Shown piece by piece: positions 24,763 to 37,511 of a DNA stretch of 64,000 nucleotides (positions are counted from its first letter, which is position 1; each line of letters starts with the position of its first letter). Source of the stretch: Octopus vulgaris (lineage: Eukaryota); NCBI GenBank assembly GCA_951406725.2, contig OX597816.1, positions 66,030,001 through 66,094,000 on the forward strand, in the 5' to 3' direction. Under the pieces are notes generated by a model. The model was not told the origin of the DNA and did no database searches. It saw nothing but the letters and a program-made list of their open reading frames with translations. Made by a program: the position numbers and the translations under genes.

Positions 24763-25419
24763 TACATATGTATATAATTAATTAGAATTAAAGTACAAAA
24801 CTTTTTTACATGTTGTGCCATTCATTTACAAAACTACTTGCTCTAATAATTAATGATTATGAAACTTAGACTACAAATTAGGGGAGCTTACTAAAATCTG
24901 CTACATGGTACAAAGAGTAATTTGAATTCTTAGGGAGCTGATAATAGGTAGAACTGTTGGGACAGCAAAAATATCCTAATTAGAGGTATTTTAGTTATTT
25001 ATTTTTTATTTTTCTTTCCTTTCTCTTTTTTTTTGTTGCTTACTTTTGTAAATTAATAATGATTGTTTCTAACAATAATTAAAGAAAATGAAACTTTATG
25101 AGGATATGGTATTAAATTGAGTGAAAATACATTCACTTTAAACTTGGCTATAATTAACGGTGTAGCTCAGAGACCATCAAACAATTGCATGGATTTTATT
25201 TATATTTGCAGAAATTATTATTTTAAATTTTCATATCTACTGTTGTTTATTATATTCAACTAAGTGTACGTTTTACTATTTTATCAAAATAATTCTACTT
25301 TCATTTCTAATAAGGAATTAACTGAATTTTTTTTTCATTTGTTAATTTCTATATTTAAGTAACATTTTCATATCCATTCACTTAGTCTAATACTTTGTAT
25401 AATTAATTCCTGCTTTTAG

Positions 25420-25646
25420 CGAATTCACATCTAAGATGGAAAGTCGAACAACAATTCCGAAGAGGCAGATTATTCGAAGCCCAAGTTCCGAAAGTTCAAG
25501 CTTTGAACGGAATGATGGAAGCATTTCGGATTCTGCTGTATCTTCCAGTGTCATAGAAGGTAGGAAACGACGGCCAAGCCTCGGTCACAAGGTAGCAGCA
25601 TTTGTTGGGCTTTCCCGACGAAGTAGTAGTGCTGTGCAGCTAGCAG
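25420..25646 (+). CDS. RIMS: RIM exon K (EFTSKMESR...NDGSISDSAVS...RKRRPSLGHKVAAFVGLSRRSSSAVQLA)
   Basis: gcttttag| acceptor and AG|GTAGGT donor; matches RIM FTSKM, DGSQSDTAV and KKRRSSLGAKMVAIVGLSRKSRS. Confidence 0.96.
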
Positions 25647-26459
25647 GTAGGTTACGATGACACAAAATTCCTCCCATTCTCCATTGTCCCAATCCAGTAA
25701 CCCTGTTCCCTCACACTGCTTGCTTTTGCATTGCCAGCATGATTCTTTCTCAATGGGTACATTGTTACCATTAGCATTGCATCTGCATGATTCTAATAAG
25801 ACCTATACTATTTATTCTTAACAACAAAAATAGTGAGTAAATTTTTCTATTTGAAAGAACATAAAAAGAAGAAAATTAACTGTCTAATAAGTTTTCTATT
25901 ACTGTTTTCTTAAAATTTAACAAGCAAATAGTTAATGTTATCCACTGTAAGGATCAAAAATAAAAATATTATTATCATATTGGTGAAATTTGTAGCTAAG
26001 GCCTGAACATTAATATGATGTGAAAATATTTTTGCTTCACTGCTCATGCTGAAATGTTCAGTGGAACCCTTAGATAGTTTTTCTTTTCTTATCCTGTTAT
26101 TGCAATATCTTACTCAAGGCTCTTTAAAACTTCACTTTAGCTTATATACACCAAAAAAGTATTCCTTTATCATTAACAACCTTCTATGAAAATACAGAAG
26201 AGCTTAATAGGAATTTTAACTCTTAAAACATTTTGTTGTCTCCAATGAATAACTGTTTGCTGAACATAGTTTGTTCAGCAAAGTGCTAGAACCAGCACAC
26301 AATTGTACATATCTTATTCAGACTGTAGTTGTAAACTTTCTTCAATTGAGATAGAAATAGCTTCTTAGAAAGTGAGACATTTTTTAATGTGAATAACCAT
26401 TAAATTTTACTCCTAACAGTTAGTACTCATCATGAAATCACATTCCTTTTTAAGATTTA

Positions 26460-26610
26460 TTCCCATTAGTATAATTCTTAAAAAAAAATAATTTAATATT
26501 TTATTTACTTCATTGATAAATAAACTAGTGCCAAATTCCCATCAGTATAATTATTAAAAAAACTAATTTAATATTTTATTTACTTCATTGATAAATAAAC
26601 TAGTGCCAAA
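26460..26610. repeat. Direct tandem duplication, two units of ~76 bp
   Basis: taatttaatattttatttacttcattgataaataaactagtgccaaa occurs twice in succession. Confidence 0.9.
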
Positions 26611-27029
26611 ATTGTCAGTTATAAACTTCATTCTTCTTAGGTTTTCCTGTATAACAGGAATTAACAAAACTTCTATAGGCAGTTACCAAAGCGATGTCTA
26701 GATTTCTAATCTGACATTCACAAATAGCTTCACTCAGGAATATTTTCGTCTTTTCCTTTTGCATGTTTTAGAAGTTTTACTTCTTTAATGTTTTTCTCCT
26801 TTATTTTTTTTATCACTTCACCTAATCATTCACTCTTAATAAAGCTTGAAGGGTCCTGCATTTCAAACAATTTTCTGGACTATAAAAGAAATAATTATAA
26901 TTTGTAATATAATTTTTTAAGTTTCCCAGTATAATTAATTTAGCAATTTTAAATGAAAAAGTTCTAAAATGTAGTTATATAAGTATTAGAGAATATGTGT
27001 TTGAGTGTACATATGTGTATGTGGGTATT

Positions 27030-27040
27030 TATATGATATA

Positions 27041-27114
<74 letters not shown>

Positions 27115-27225
27115 GTATATGTATATATATATATGTATATATATATATGTATATATATATATGTATATATATATATGTATATATATATATGTATATATAT
27201 ATATATGTATATATATATGTATATA

Positions 27226-27304
<79 letters not shown>

Positions 27305-27345
27305 GTATATGTACATAACTGTATATACATGTGTGTGTATATGAG
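27030..27345. repeat. Compound (TA)n/(TATG)n microsatellite
   Basis: Seen directly. Confidence 0.98.
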
Positions 27346-27699
27346 TGAAAGAGAGTGTGTGTATGTGTGTAAGCAAATAAGTGAGCTAAATTATAAGCTT
27401 GCAGAAGCAATAATCACATTATTTCTAACTTGAAGAAAAAAGAATATTGAAATATGCACTTCTGAATTGGTAGGATGTTAAAACTTAAAGCTAATTTTAC
27501 ATAATGTGAAAAATATTTTGATGGTAATGAATGCTAAATCTTTCCTTAGTGAAGAATGTACCACCTATCATAGGTGAGTTATTAGTAATTCCAGAATAAT
27601 AGCCAGACTGACTGAGAGATACAAAACAGTTTAGAGAATGAAGATATGGAAGCTTAAATATCCATTGAATAGTCAGAAATTTGGAGAAGTTCTTGTTGA

Positions 27700-28740
27700 A
27701 GCATTTGATAAGAAGAATAGTAGATGGAAATTCATAATGTAAAAGACAATTAAGAGTTCCTATAAGACAATATGCTGAGGGTTGGACCAAATCTGCTGTT
27801 GGTGTAAAGTCTCAACAGGAACAATGGTAACATGGTTGTGGAACAATGAGTTAGACAGAACAAAAAAGCAATGAGACAGGATTGGTAAAATTGGAAGAAA
27901 GGGACCAGCAGAGAATTATACCAAGAGCTAGAAGAGAAGCTAGACAACAGATGTTCTTAGCTAAGAGAGAAGCAGAAAATAAGAAGTTTGTCAATGTTCT
28001 ATGATGTGAGGTGTTTTAAATTGGAAGGCAGAGGTACTAGAAAAGATCAAGACATCAAGAGGGAAAAGTATGCACAGAATAATAATGGAACTCTTTCTTT
28101 TACAAACGTTGAAAAGAAGGATTTCTAGAAGTGCTATTATAGAAGTGGAGGCGCAATGGCCCAGTAGTTAGGGCAGTGGACTCGCGGTCGTAGGATCACG
28201 GTTTCGATTCCCAGACCGGGCGTTGTGAGTGTTTATTGAGCATAAACACCTAAAAGCTCCACGAGGCTCCGGCAGAGGGTGGTGGCGATCCCTGCTGTAC
28301 TCTTTCACCACAACTTTCTCTCACTCTTTCTTCTGTTGACCTGCTCGCTTAGCCAGTGGGGTGGTGTCATTTGAAGGCTAAAACAATGCGAAGTGCATTG
28401 TGACCAGCGATGTGTAGCAACATCTGATAGCTGGTCGGTCACGGTGCGGTGCTATTATAGAAAACTGTTAAATGAAGAGAATGCATGTAAGAAAAAGATT
28501 CTTCTCAAAGTAAACCTAAATGGGGGGACTGGCCATTTAAGTTACCAGCCATATGATAGCAATTAAGGATATGAAAGCACTAGGTCCATCAGATCTTGCT
28601 GCTGAGATGCATAAAATGTCTGGAGAAGCAGTTAATTACAGGCTGATCATTTGCATGGTCAACCAAGCAGTACCAGGAAGGTGTCATACCCAATGATTGA
28701 CATAGCAACAGCATCAATTTCAACAAGGGCAAAGAAATCC
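27700..28740 (+). mobile_element. Degenerate RTE LINE fragment (region before the RT domain) interrupted by a SINE
   Basis: Purine-rich; reads KCYYRKLLNEEN once the SINE is removed, then KALGPS..AAEM.K..GE-like motifs. Confidence 0.65.
28145..28448 (+). mobile_element. tRNA-derived SINE family C, CpG-rich, 14 bp target-site duplication
   Basis: TSD gtgctattatagaa at 28131-28144 and 28449-28462; head ggaggcgcaatggcccagtagttagg...gtttcgattccc. Confidence 0.9.
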
Positions 28741-28874
28741 CTGTTCAAACCATTTTACTTTTATGCCAGCAAATACAATTCTTGCCATTGCAGCAATCCA
28801 CCACTAACCATTGGTTTCCATGGATTCTGTTTTTTTTTTCATTTTCACACACACACCAAATATATATGTGTATG

Positions 28875-28919
<45 letters not shown>

Positions 28920-29940
28920 GCATATTCACACAACACATGCATACATACATACATATACCTTAATATGCATTTATCTGTGCATGTGTGCATGCTTATACAC
29001 AATGTACTAATTTGAAAATGTGTGGCAGAAATAAAATAAGGAATATTGAATACTTGCTATGGAGTAATATATTTTAAGGTTGGTTACCGTTTCAATATGG
29101 TCATTCCTCAGGGTTTTGCTCTGATTGGCTGACATTTAACATCAGCAATAAATCTATTACCATTTCTTGAAACAATTTCTTCTTTGAAATACTATCTGAA
29201 GACAATCTGAGAAATTGAGAAGTGAGCATAATGGAACGGTGTTTCAATCTTACTTATGTATCTTATCTTTTTGTCTTTTACCTTTCACTCGCAAGGCATT
29301 GGTCAGCCCAGGGCTATGATTGCAAGACATTGGTCTGCCCAGGGCTATTGTAGAAGACACTTGCTCAATGTGTAGCACAGTAGGACTGAACCCAAAACTA
29401 GATGGCTTGAAAGCAAGCTTCTTAACCACAGAGTTACATAAAAAGCACTCTGTAAAGTGATTGGCATTAGGAAGGGCATTCAGCTGTAGAGACTATGCCA
29501 AAACAGGCAATGGAGCCTAGCGCTGTTCTCTACTTTGCCAGCTCCTGTCAAGCTGCCCAGCCCATGCCAGCATAGAAACTGAACATTAATTGATTACGAT
29601 GATGATGTACATGTGTGTTATGAATATTATATTAATATTTCAAATACCAGCCTTGCCACACATGAAAGATCACATCAGGAGACTAAATCAAGATGTTCAT
29701 ATGCATGTGGTCCCATCTGAGCCTCATCTGAGCTTTCCTGTATGTTCAAAGATTTGCTCATCTACTAGTGGGTTGAAAATCCATTTCAGTTTAATGCATA
29801 AGGGCAGAACCACTCTCAATGACTTTGACCAAATTCCTTGCTATATTCGTTATGAAAAAATTTCAAAGTCAGAGCTAGGTGGTCATCAAAAAGCTGATGA
29901 GCCTGATACAGGAAAACTGCTGAAAATTGAGTTGATGACT

Positions 29941-29992
<52 letters not shown>

Positions 29993-32900
29993 CCCTTGTA
30001 ATTACTGATTAGGTACTTGTCTCAATTTCTCCCCATCCTGTTTGAAAACATTATCTCTTTCTTCAACATTTGGTTGTCTAACAAAAACTTTTTGATTGCA
30101 TGATCTTTGATATTTCTACTGTTTTATCCTGAAAGGTCTGTTGTTTTGAAATAAAGCATGGTGAAAGCTACAAAGCTGTTAATTCAACTAATAGTGTTCA
30201 AATAGAGTTAAAATAGATTATAAAATTCTAAATGACAGCTTCAAATTTAGATTCATCCTAAATAGCAAAGCTTAAAGCTTACTCTGAATTCATTTTTCTT
30301 AATACCTACTTAGAACTAAAGCTACAACTGAATATGTGAGTCAAGAAGTGTTTTAGTAAAACAATACTCAAAATTTTCAGTTAGAGAATTATTTCTAAAT
30401 ATTATCTGTGATCTTTCCATATTTCTTATTGTCCTCATACTTGAGGTATTGAGATATTATAAAGATGGAGTATTTTGCAAGCATGGGGAGGGTTTTATTC
30501 TCTTCACTGATTACTGAAAGAAGGTTAATCCCTTTACAAAGGAAATATTATGAGTGACTCCATTTTAATCTGATTAACTGACTCTTCAAATATACTATAA
30601 GAGTATTGGATCTTCTCCATTTTATTTATAATCTTAATAGTAGAAGGAACTAGATCAAGGAGAAGTAATCAAACTGTCCAAGAAAGAGCATTTCCTGATG
30701 ATTCATAGTAACTCTTTATTTTTTTATTGTTAATGCATGCAGAATCCATCCTTTCACTCTCTACCAAGTTGCTATCAACTCACCAGGGTCTGCTTGAAAG
30801 GAAGCAAAACTAATTCCAGTTCTTGCACTGGTTTTGATTCTGGAATAGAAGTATGTTTGAGCATTAAAATATCCAACTTAAGGGATGAGAGTGCAATATC
30901 TGAATTTTATTTTCTGAAACATAAAAAAAGGGGTTTGTAACATTCCCAGGAAAGGAAACATAAAGAAAGCATTTTTTAAACTATAAACTCTGAAAATCAT
31001 TTCTTTTACATTAACATTTTGAGTATTTAGTTCAAGATTAGATTTCTATGGTTGAATATAAGGCAACTTGCTGTTACTGTTAAGTTACTGTTTTTGGAAA
31101 TAAAAGTAACAAGAATCTGAAATGCAAGTACACTAGTGTGAGTATATACTATAATTAGAACTAATTTTCTTTTTAATTATTGTTTTCCTTTTAATGAATT
31201 GATCAGAGGAAGAAGGGCAGTGTCTATGACCTGAGCCAGGGAAAAAGATAACAAATTATCCTCAGAGCTGGCCTAAATTCTCACAACAAAGTGAACTTTG
31301 CTAAAGGCTTAGGTTAAACTGTATGACAAATTAATTCCACAACCCCAAAACAAATATTCCCTCTGATATGCTTCTATACAGTTTTCATTACCTAAATTGG
31401 TCAACCTGAAGCTATGGTAGAAAGCTCTTGCTGAAGGTGTCATGCAGTAGCATTGAGCATGATCCCATGTTGTTGCAAGATGAACTTTTGAATTACTTTT
31501 TATTATAAATAAGTCTCAAAATATTTCTAACTTTATGTCACTTATGATGCAACAAACTACAGGAGCAATTCAATTCTACCTTAATTCTTTTTTTCTTTTT
31601 TTTGTAGCCTTATTAATTTGAAATTAAAACTGATAAAGTGTACATTAAATGCAACCGTCAAAGAAATTAGAAAGAAATAGTTACAAAAATTATATAAAAT
31701 TCAATATTTAAAACTAATGTAGAATACTAAAATTGAAAAAGTAAGTTGCTGATTAGTTGAAATTGTATACTTATAGGCTTGAATACTGTCTAACTCTTGA
31801 ATAAACTCATTATTGGACTTAGTCTATTCCTTTGGAAAAAGGCAAGGAAAAGATTTGCTTGTCATTTTAGAATATTCTGAATTAAATTCTAATGTAGCTT
31901 CCAAAAGTTTTTTCTATTTTCTATCCTTTTTCCTTTTATAGTTAGCACTGTATCAAATATTGTGAAATAATGTTTTTCTATTTTTAATTCTGTTTTATTA
32001 ATTCAAATTTAAAACATTAGTATATATTCAATAGACATTTTGCTTATTGTAACCAAGGATTTTAATATTCAACTTTTTCTAGATTAACAGACTACCTATC
32101 TTAATAAAAACTACACTGTCCTTTCTCAGTGTGCAAACATTAAAATTAGATACTTTATATAAATTCTTCTCTAAACAAATAAAGATGTGTTAGTAGCAGA
32201 GAAATGGTTGTAATAAAGTAAAAAGGTTTGCAGTTATATCTGGTAAAGCAGACCCAAAAGTTTTCAATCTAGTTTTAGACTTCTTTTTTTTTTTTTCTAT
32301 TTGCAAATTTATCTACATATAAATGCACATAGACTGATTTTTCCAATCTCTATGATGCTTTCTTTGCAACACTGCCTTCCCAGAGTTTTGCTTCAGCAGA
32401 GCAACCAGCCAGCTAGCCAGCCAACCAGCCAGCCAACCAGCCTGCCTGTTGCTTGCTAGAATTCTAGCATTTGCTGTCACTCTTACTTCTGCTGTCATTG
32501 CCACTCTTACTGTTGCTGCCACTTTTGCCATTCCTCAAATAGCTCTTAGTTTCCTTATTCTCTTTCTCTAACCTAACCTCTTCTTTCCATTCCTTCCCTC
32601 CAATCCACCAAAATGATGCATCCTGAAGATTTCAACTAAAGACTTGGGACCACTTATGCTGCTACTGTCTTACACAATTGGCTTGAAGTCATAGACCAAA
32701 ATTTGATCATGTTCACTGCATTACTTATTATTAACAAAAAATATATCAATATTTCAATTAAAGTTCTTCTCCATTTCTTCTCTACAAATTAAAATTAGTG
32801 ATATATTTACCTTGAAAACTTGTCATCCTACATAAATATATATATATAGGGAGAATTCACAAAAAAAAAAACAAAGGACGAAGACAGGTGATGTAGACAA

Positions 32901-33731
32901 CAAACAGATGTATTAGTTTAACACTCAGGAAGTGAAAAAGTCTTTAACCTTTTGAGCCTATGCTCTTCTACAGAAAGAAACAGGGAGAGAAAATTAAGAG
33001 TGTGTAGTGGCTAGCAATCTATCATATTAGCAAAGGCATTTTCATTGATAATGAATCTTTATCATTTATATCATTTGAAATGATTTCCTAACACAGAGTG
33101 TTAGGGAACTGCAGTTTATAATATTCAGTGTTTTCATATCTTCTTTATAATGATAAACAGGCTTCAAAACTATACTGGTGTGTTTGTTTTATGTCTCTGA
33201 AAATGTAAAATATACAGAGCTCAGAGCTAAGCTTTCATACCTAAGTCACTGGATTTAGTTAAGTTTCTACTCTTTTTTTGGTCACAGACTGAAATCAGCA
33301 AAGTTTTTGATAAGATGTTTCAAAGTTAACATCTATAAGCTGTCGTCCAAATAATTTCTATGACTTTTTTTTTATTGGAGCAGGAGTTGTAGTGTGCCAA
33401 AATTGATGTCACACACAATTTAGATATGCGCCTTGCTTTTATGAGTTTAATTTGGCCTTTCAAAGGTGATAGAATAAGTTGTAGTAATAATCTAGAATTA
33501 CCTATATTTCTCTTCCTTAAAAAATTGCTTTTATTGATGTCTCATTTAAGTTTCATCTATTAGTTGAGATTTGAATATATGACTCAACTACAAACTGTAT
33601 TTTATAACAAAAAACATTTGACATGGAGAAGATAAGCTTAAACTACAAAGAGTTAACTTGAACAATCTTTTATATTCTTTTTTTGGTCTCCTTCATTCAG
33701 TCATATTGTACTCCCCTATAGCAGCTATATC

Positions 33732-34106
33732 ATGACCTATATCTGCTACTACTTCTACCAATATTTGCATTCACTGCTACTAGTGCTACTCTTTTTACTT
33801 CAATCTACCCTGGGTTTCTTGTCCAGCTGGTTATCAGCAAATCCTTATCTTCCTACTCCTACATCTCTGCTACCTCGTCGTGATGACCATTTTGGTCGGT
33901 TTGATGGCTCGAAATATCTATATAGATCTTACCAAATGCAGCAGCAAAGTGATTGTTTTCAGCTATTGTCAAGTGGTTCGTCACCAGTGATTCGATGTTG
34001 TAACATCACTAACTCCATTGGTTGTTCTTTGCCTACTCATCACAACTGTAAGTATGGAGCAGCGTGCGTGCAAGCGTTTATAGGCCCCCTTTTCCAAGTG
34101 TCATGA
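33732..34106 (+). other. Intronic exon-like island with a 124 aa ORF and hydrophobic N-terminus; function unknown
   Basis: Strong acceptor at 33700, ATG with A at -3, CpG-enriched non-repetitive sequence, internal T|GTAAGT donor at 34047/34048. Confidence 0.4.
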
Positions 34107-35760
34107 TAACATTTTTGCCACTCATTGATCATATTAGGTGAAGTATCATTTTACTCTGTTGAGCTCTGGGAAAATAATAATACTTATTAAAAACAGTTAC
34201 TTATGTTTATAAATGGTTAGGAAACCTGCTTAAAATATTTAGTTAACTGATGCTGAGAACCTTAATTATAAAACATTATTTTATCATCACATTATTTTCT
34301 CTTATTTTATTAATTTCCTCCAATTTATCACCATTAACATATTTTGTTGTTATTAAGACAAATTGATTCAAGGGTGATTCAAATTTGAGCTGGGTTTTGT
34401 TCAGAAGTAGTCTTCAAAGAGTTGGGTTAGTGTGTCTATGCATGTGTTACCCAACACAAGAAACTAAAGTAGTCTCATAAGTTTATGATCAAATATATAA
34501 TTAGAATTAGAGGACATTAGTTGGTCAATTATAGTCAAAACAATAAAATCAAACATCGAGTTATATTAGTTTACCATCAGAAGAGAAAATATCTAGCATT
34601 TCAGAAAGAACTCTTCATCACAGAATAGAGGATTCTATCCAAAATATTCCACAGAGCAAACTAGCATACCTAATTATTTATTCATAATTTTTTTCATTTT
34701 ACCACAGGATTAAAGCCAATATACCCATTGAATTCTTTATCTGAACAGTCAAAAGGAATGAATAAAAAGTAAAGTCAAAATTATTTTTAAATGACTGAAT
34801 CATTTAGAAAAATCCTTATTTATAACTTATTAGGTTCTCTTGAAATTAATACTCTAGACAGAATGTGAGATAAAGAAATCCCTTATTTGCAAACTAAGTA
34901 TGGGTTGATGACAGGAAGAGGATCTGACTAAAATTTTGCCTTGATTCCCATCCAAGTGATGTTAAACAAACAAACAACTAAATATACAAATTACTAGAAT
35001 AATAATTTTAAGTATTTCACAATGAAATGTAGGATAGAAAATTTGAGCTTCATGAATGTTTCAAACAATTACACTAGACCATGTCATTCAATTTAAGAAT
35101 TTCATTCATTTCCTATTTTCACTCTTTTTAGTATGAAATGCAACATTAAATAAAGGAATGTTTCTAATTCCTAAATAAGCTCAATTTATTCTCTTTAGTC
35201 AAATTGCCATTAATATCATAACTAATTCTTTAATACAATATTTTTGCTTTAAGTAATAAATAAGTTACGATAATTTTCTTATGTTTAAAGTATGCAGTAC
35301 TTTCCTTTTATCCAACCATAAAACCTGTTAGGCAAAATGTTTTACTATCTTTAGGTATTCAACTATTGTTAATTTGGTAATACACCTTTTTACATATTCA
35401 TATAATACTGTATAGAATATTATTATTGTAATTATTTACATTAATAATAAAATCACATTAAAATTTCTATTGTCTTGGTAAGTCTAAGCTCATAATTTAC
35501 ATTTGGTTTAATACAATATGTTTACTATATTGTGAAATTAGAGACAGGTTCTTTACCATTATTAAAAAGATAATTAAAATTTTTGACTATTGTTTCGGAT
35601 ATGTCTGAGTTTAACTCTTGTGGCACAAACACAAACACTTGAATGGCTTGGATTAAACCTAAAACATATATAACTAACATTTGCACTTCAATATTAAGTA
35701 TCATTTTTTGCTTCTGTATAAGTAAGCATTAGACCTTGAAGGTTCATTTAACCTGTGACA

Positions 35761-36195
35761 ATCATCATCATCATCATCGTTTAACGTCCGCTTTCCATGC
35801 TAGCATGGGTTGGACGGTTCAACTGGGGTCTGGCAAGCCCGAAGGCTGCACCAGGCCAGTCAGATCTGGCAGTGTTTCTACAGCTGGATGCCCTTCCTAA
35901 CGCCAACCACTCCGAGAGTGTAGTGGGTGATTTTATGTGCCACCGACACAGGTGCCAGACGAGGCTGGCAGATGGCCACGCTCGGATGGTGTTTTTTATG
36001 TGCCACCGACACAGGTGCCAGATGAGGCTGGCAGACGGCCACGCTCGGATGGTGTTTTTTATGTGCCACCGACACAGGTGCCAGACGAGGCTGGCAGACG
36101 GCCACGCTCGGATGGTGTTTTCTTATGTGCCACCGACACAGGTGCCAGACGAGGCTGGCGAACAGCCACGCTCGGATGGTGTTTGTTATGTGCCC
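35761..36195 (-). mobile_element. Retroposon family B copy with a homogeneous 63 bp tandem array (4 units, 35931-36195)
   Basis: caccgacacaggtgccag recurs at 35941, 36004, 36067 and 36131. Confidence 0.9.
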
Positions 36196-37294
36196 AAAAA
36201 ACAAAAAAAAATTTATCTTGAAATTAGATTTTAAAAAAGTGAACCAATTTTCTAAACTTAGCCTTGAATTATAAGTTTAAAGTCATAATGCTATATAGAT
36301 AATCCTCAAAAAAAAATTAATCACAATAGTTATATAAGTAAAATATGAATATTTAACCTGTATTGTTACTTTGTCTATCATTATTATTGTCATCATCATC
36401 ATCATCTCCATCTTTATCATCTAAGCAAAAAAAAAGTATCTGATGCTGTGTAGCAAGCTTAAGAAAGACAAATTTCAAATACTCATCTAATTCATGCTTC
36501 CATGTGAAAATAGTCATTAAGTAGGTGAGGATTGAGTACATAAATGGCAATACAGTGTCAGTAGAGGCATACTTGACTGACTGTATGAATGTGAAATACA
36601 ACAGTTGATAGTTGTTAGGAAAGAGAGAGTTACTTTGAGGGATATTTTAAGAAGCTTGCAACAAATAGAAATAGACTATATGTATGTATTTGAGTTGACT
36701 AAAAAAATAATGTATTATGCTTACAATTAGTTTAGGGAAGTGGTGTAGGCAACACTAAATATAAAAACCAAGAGCAAATAAGGAAGCCTGTACAGAGTCT
36801 TTTATCTTGCCAGAAATAGCAGTCAGATCTCCTTCAAATTACACTTACCATCTTAAAAAGGAAAAACACATTAGGAATGTAGTCTTGTGTATACAAAAAG
36901 ATGGGGTGGTCATAGATGGAATGCTTTTGATAATAGATAGATTTGCTAAGTGAGACTTAACTTGACACTAAACAACAACTAAACTTTAATTTTGAATAAG
37001 TTTCAAGGCTTTTCTTTAAATAGATTGTACACAGGCAGATGCACAAGCATACATACATATACATATTAGTGTGTATATATTTAAATTGTGTATTTGTATG
37101 TACATGTGTGTATACATATTTATGCAAATGTGCGTGCATACACTTATGTGTGTCTGCACAGAAATGAAACACAATGTCCCTGTTTTGAGGGGTCAGCAGT
37201 ATGTTGCCAATTAACCTATTAGAACCAGTAACCAAATCTTCATTAAATTACACTCTTAAAAAGGGATACATTGATTAATATAGTTGTGTATAAA

Positions 37295-37511
37295 TGAGGA
37301 GGTGCTGAAAAGTTCCTGGCTTTGAGGGTATGGTAGAAGGCCTGGTTGGAAGCCCAACATTCTCAGTTTTTTTACTAGGCTTATAAAAACTGAAGGACCA
37401 CTGTAGTGTGTGAATTTGAGAGGTGAATATGTTGAATAAAATCATAATTAACTGATCCTCCTGTATTTTCTTTCACCCAAAGCCAGCCAGGAACTTATCA
37501 GCACCTCCTCA
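37295..37511 (+). mobile_element. Mariner-derived MITE, ~217 bp
   Basis: TIRs tgaggaggtgctgaaaagttcctggct / agccaggaacttatcagcacctcctca; transposase C-terminal relic CVNLRGEYVE*. Confidence 0.85.

Noticed and set aside
25651-25656. Alternative donor 4 nt downstream of exon K
   Set aside because: Frameshifting and weaker than AG|GTAGGT; no supporting evidence.
28147-28220. tRNA gene calls at SINE heads (also 190-257, 15476, 47330, 54183)
   Set aside because: A and B boxes are present, but they run into SINE bodies, several with TSDs, and no complete cloverleaf or terminator is evident.
35797-36234. CRISPR-like or tandem-repeat protein ORFs
   Set aside because: Eukaryotic intron, no cas genes, near-identical units rather than unique spacers, and embedded in a retroposon; the 63 bp period explains the ORFs.
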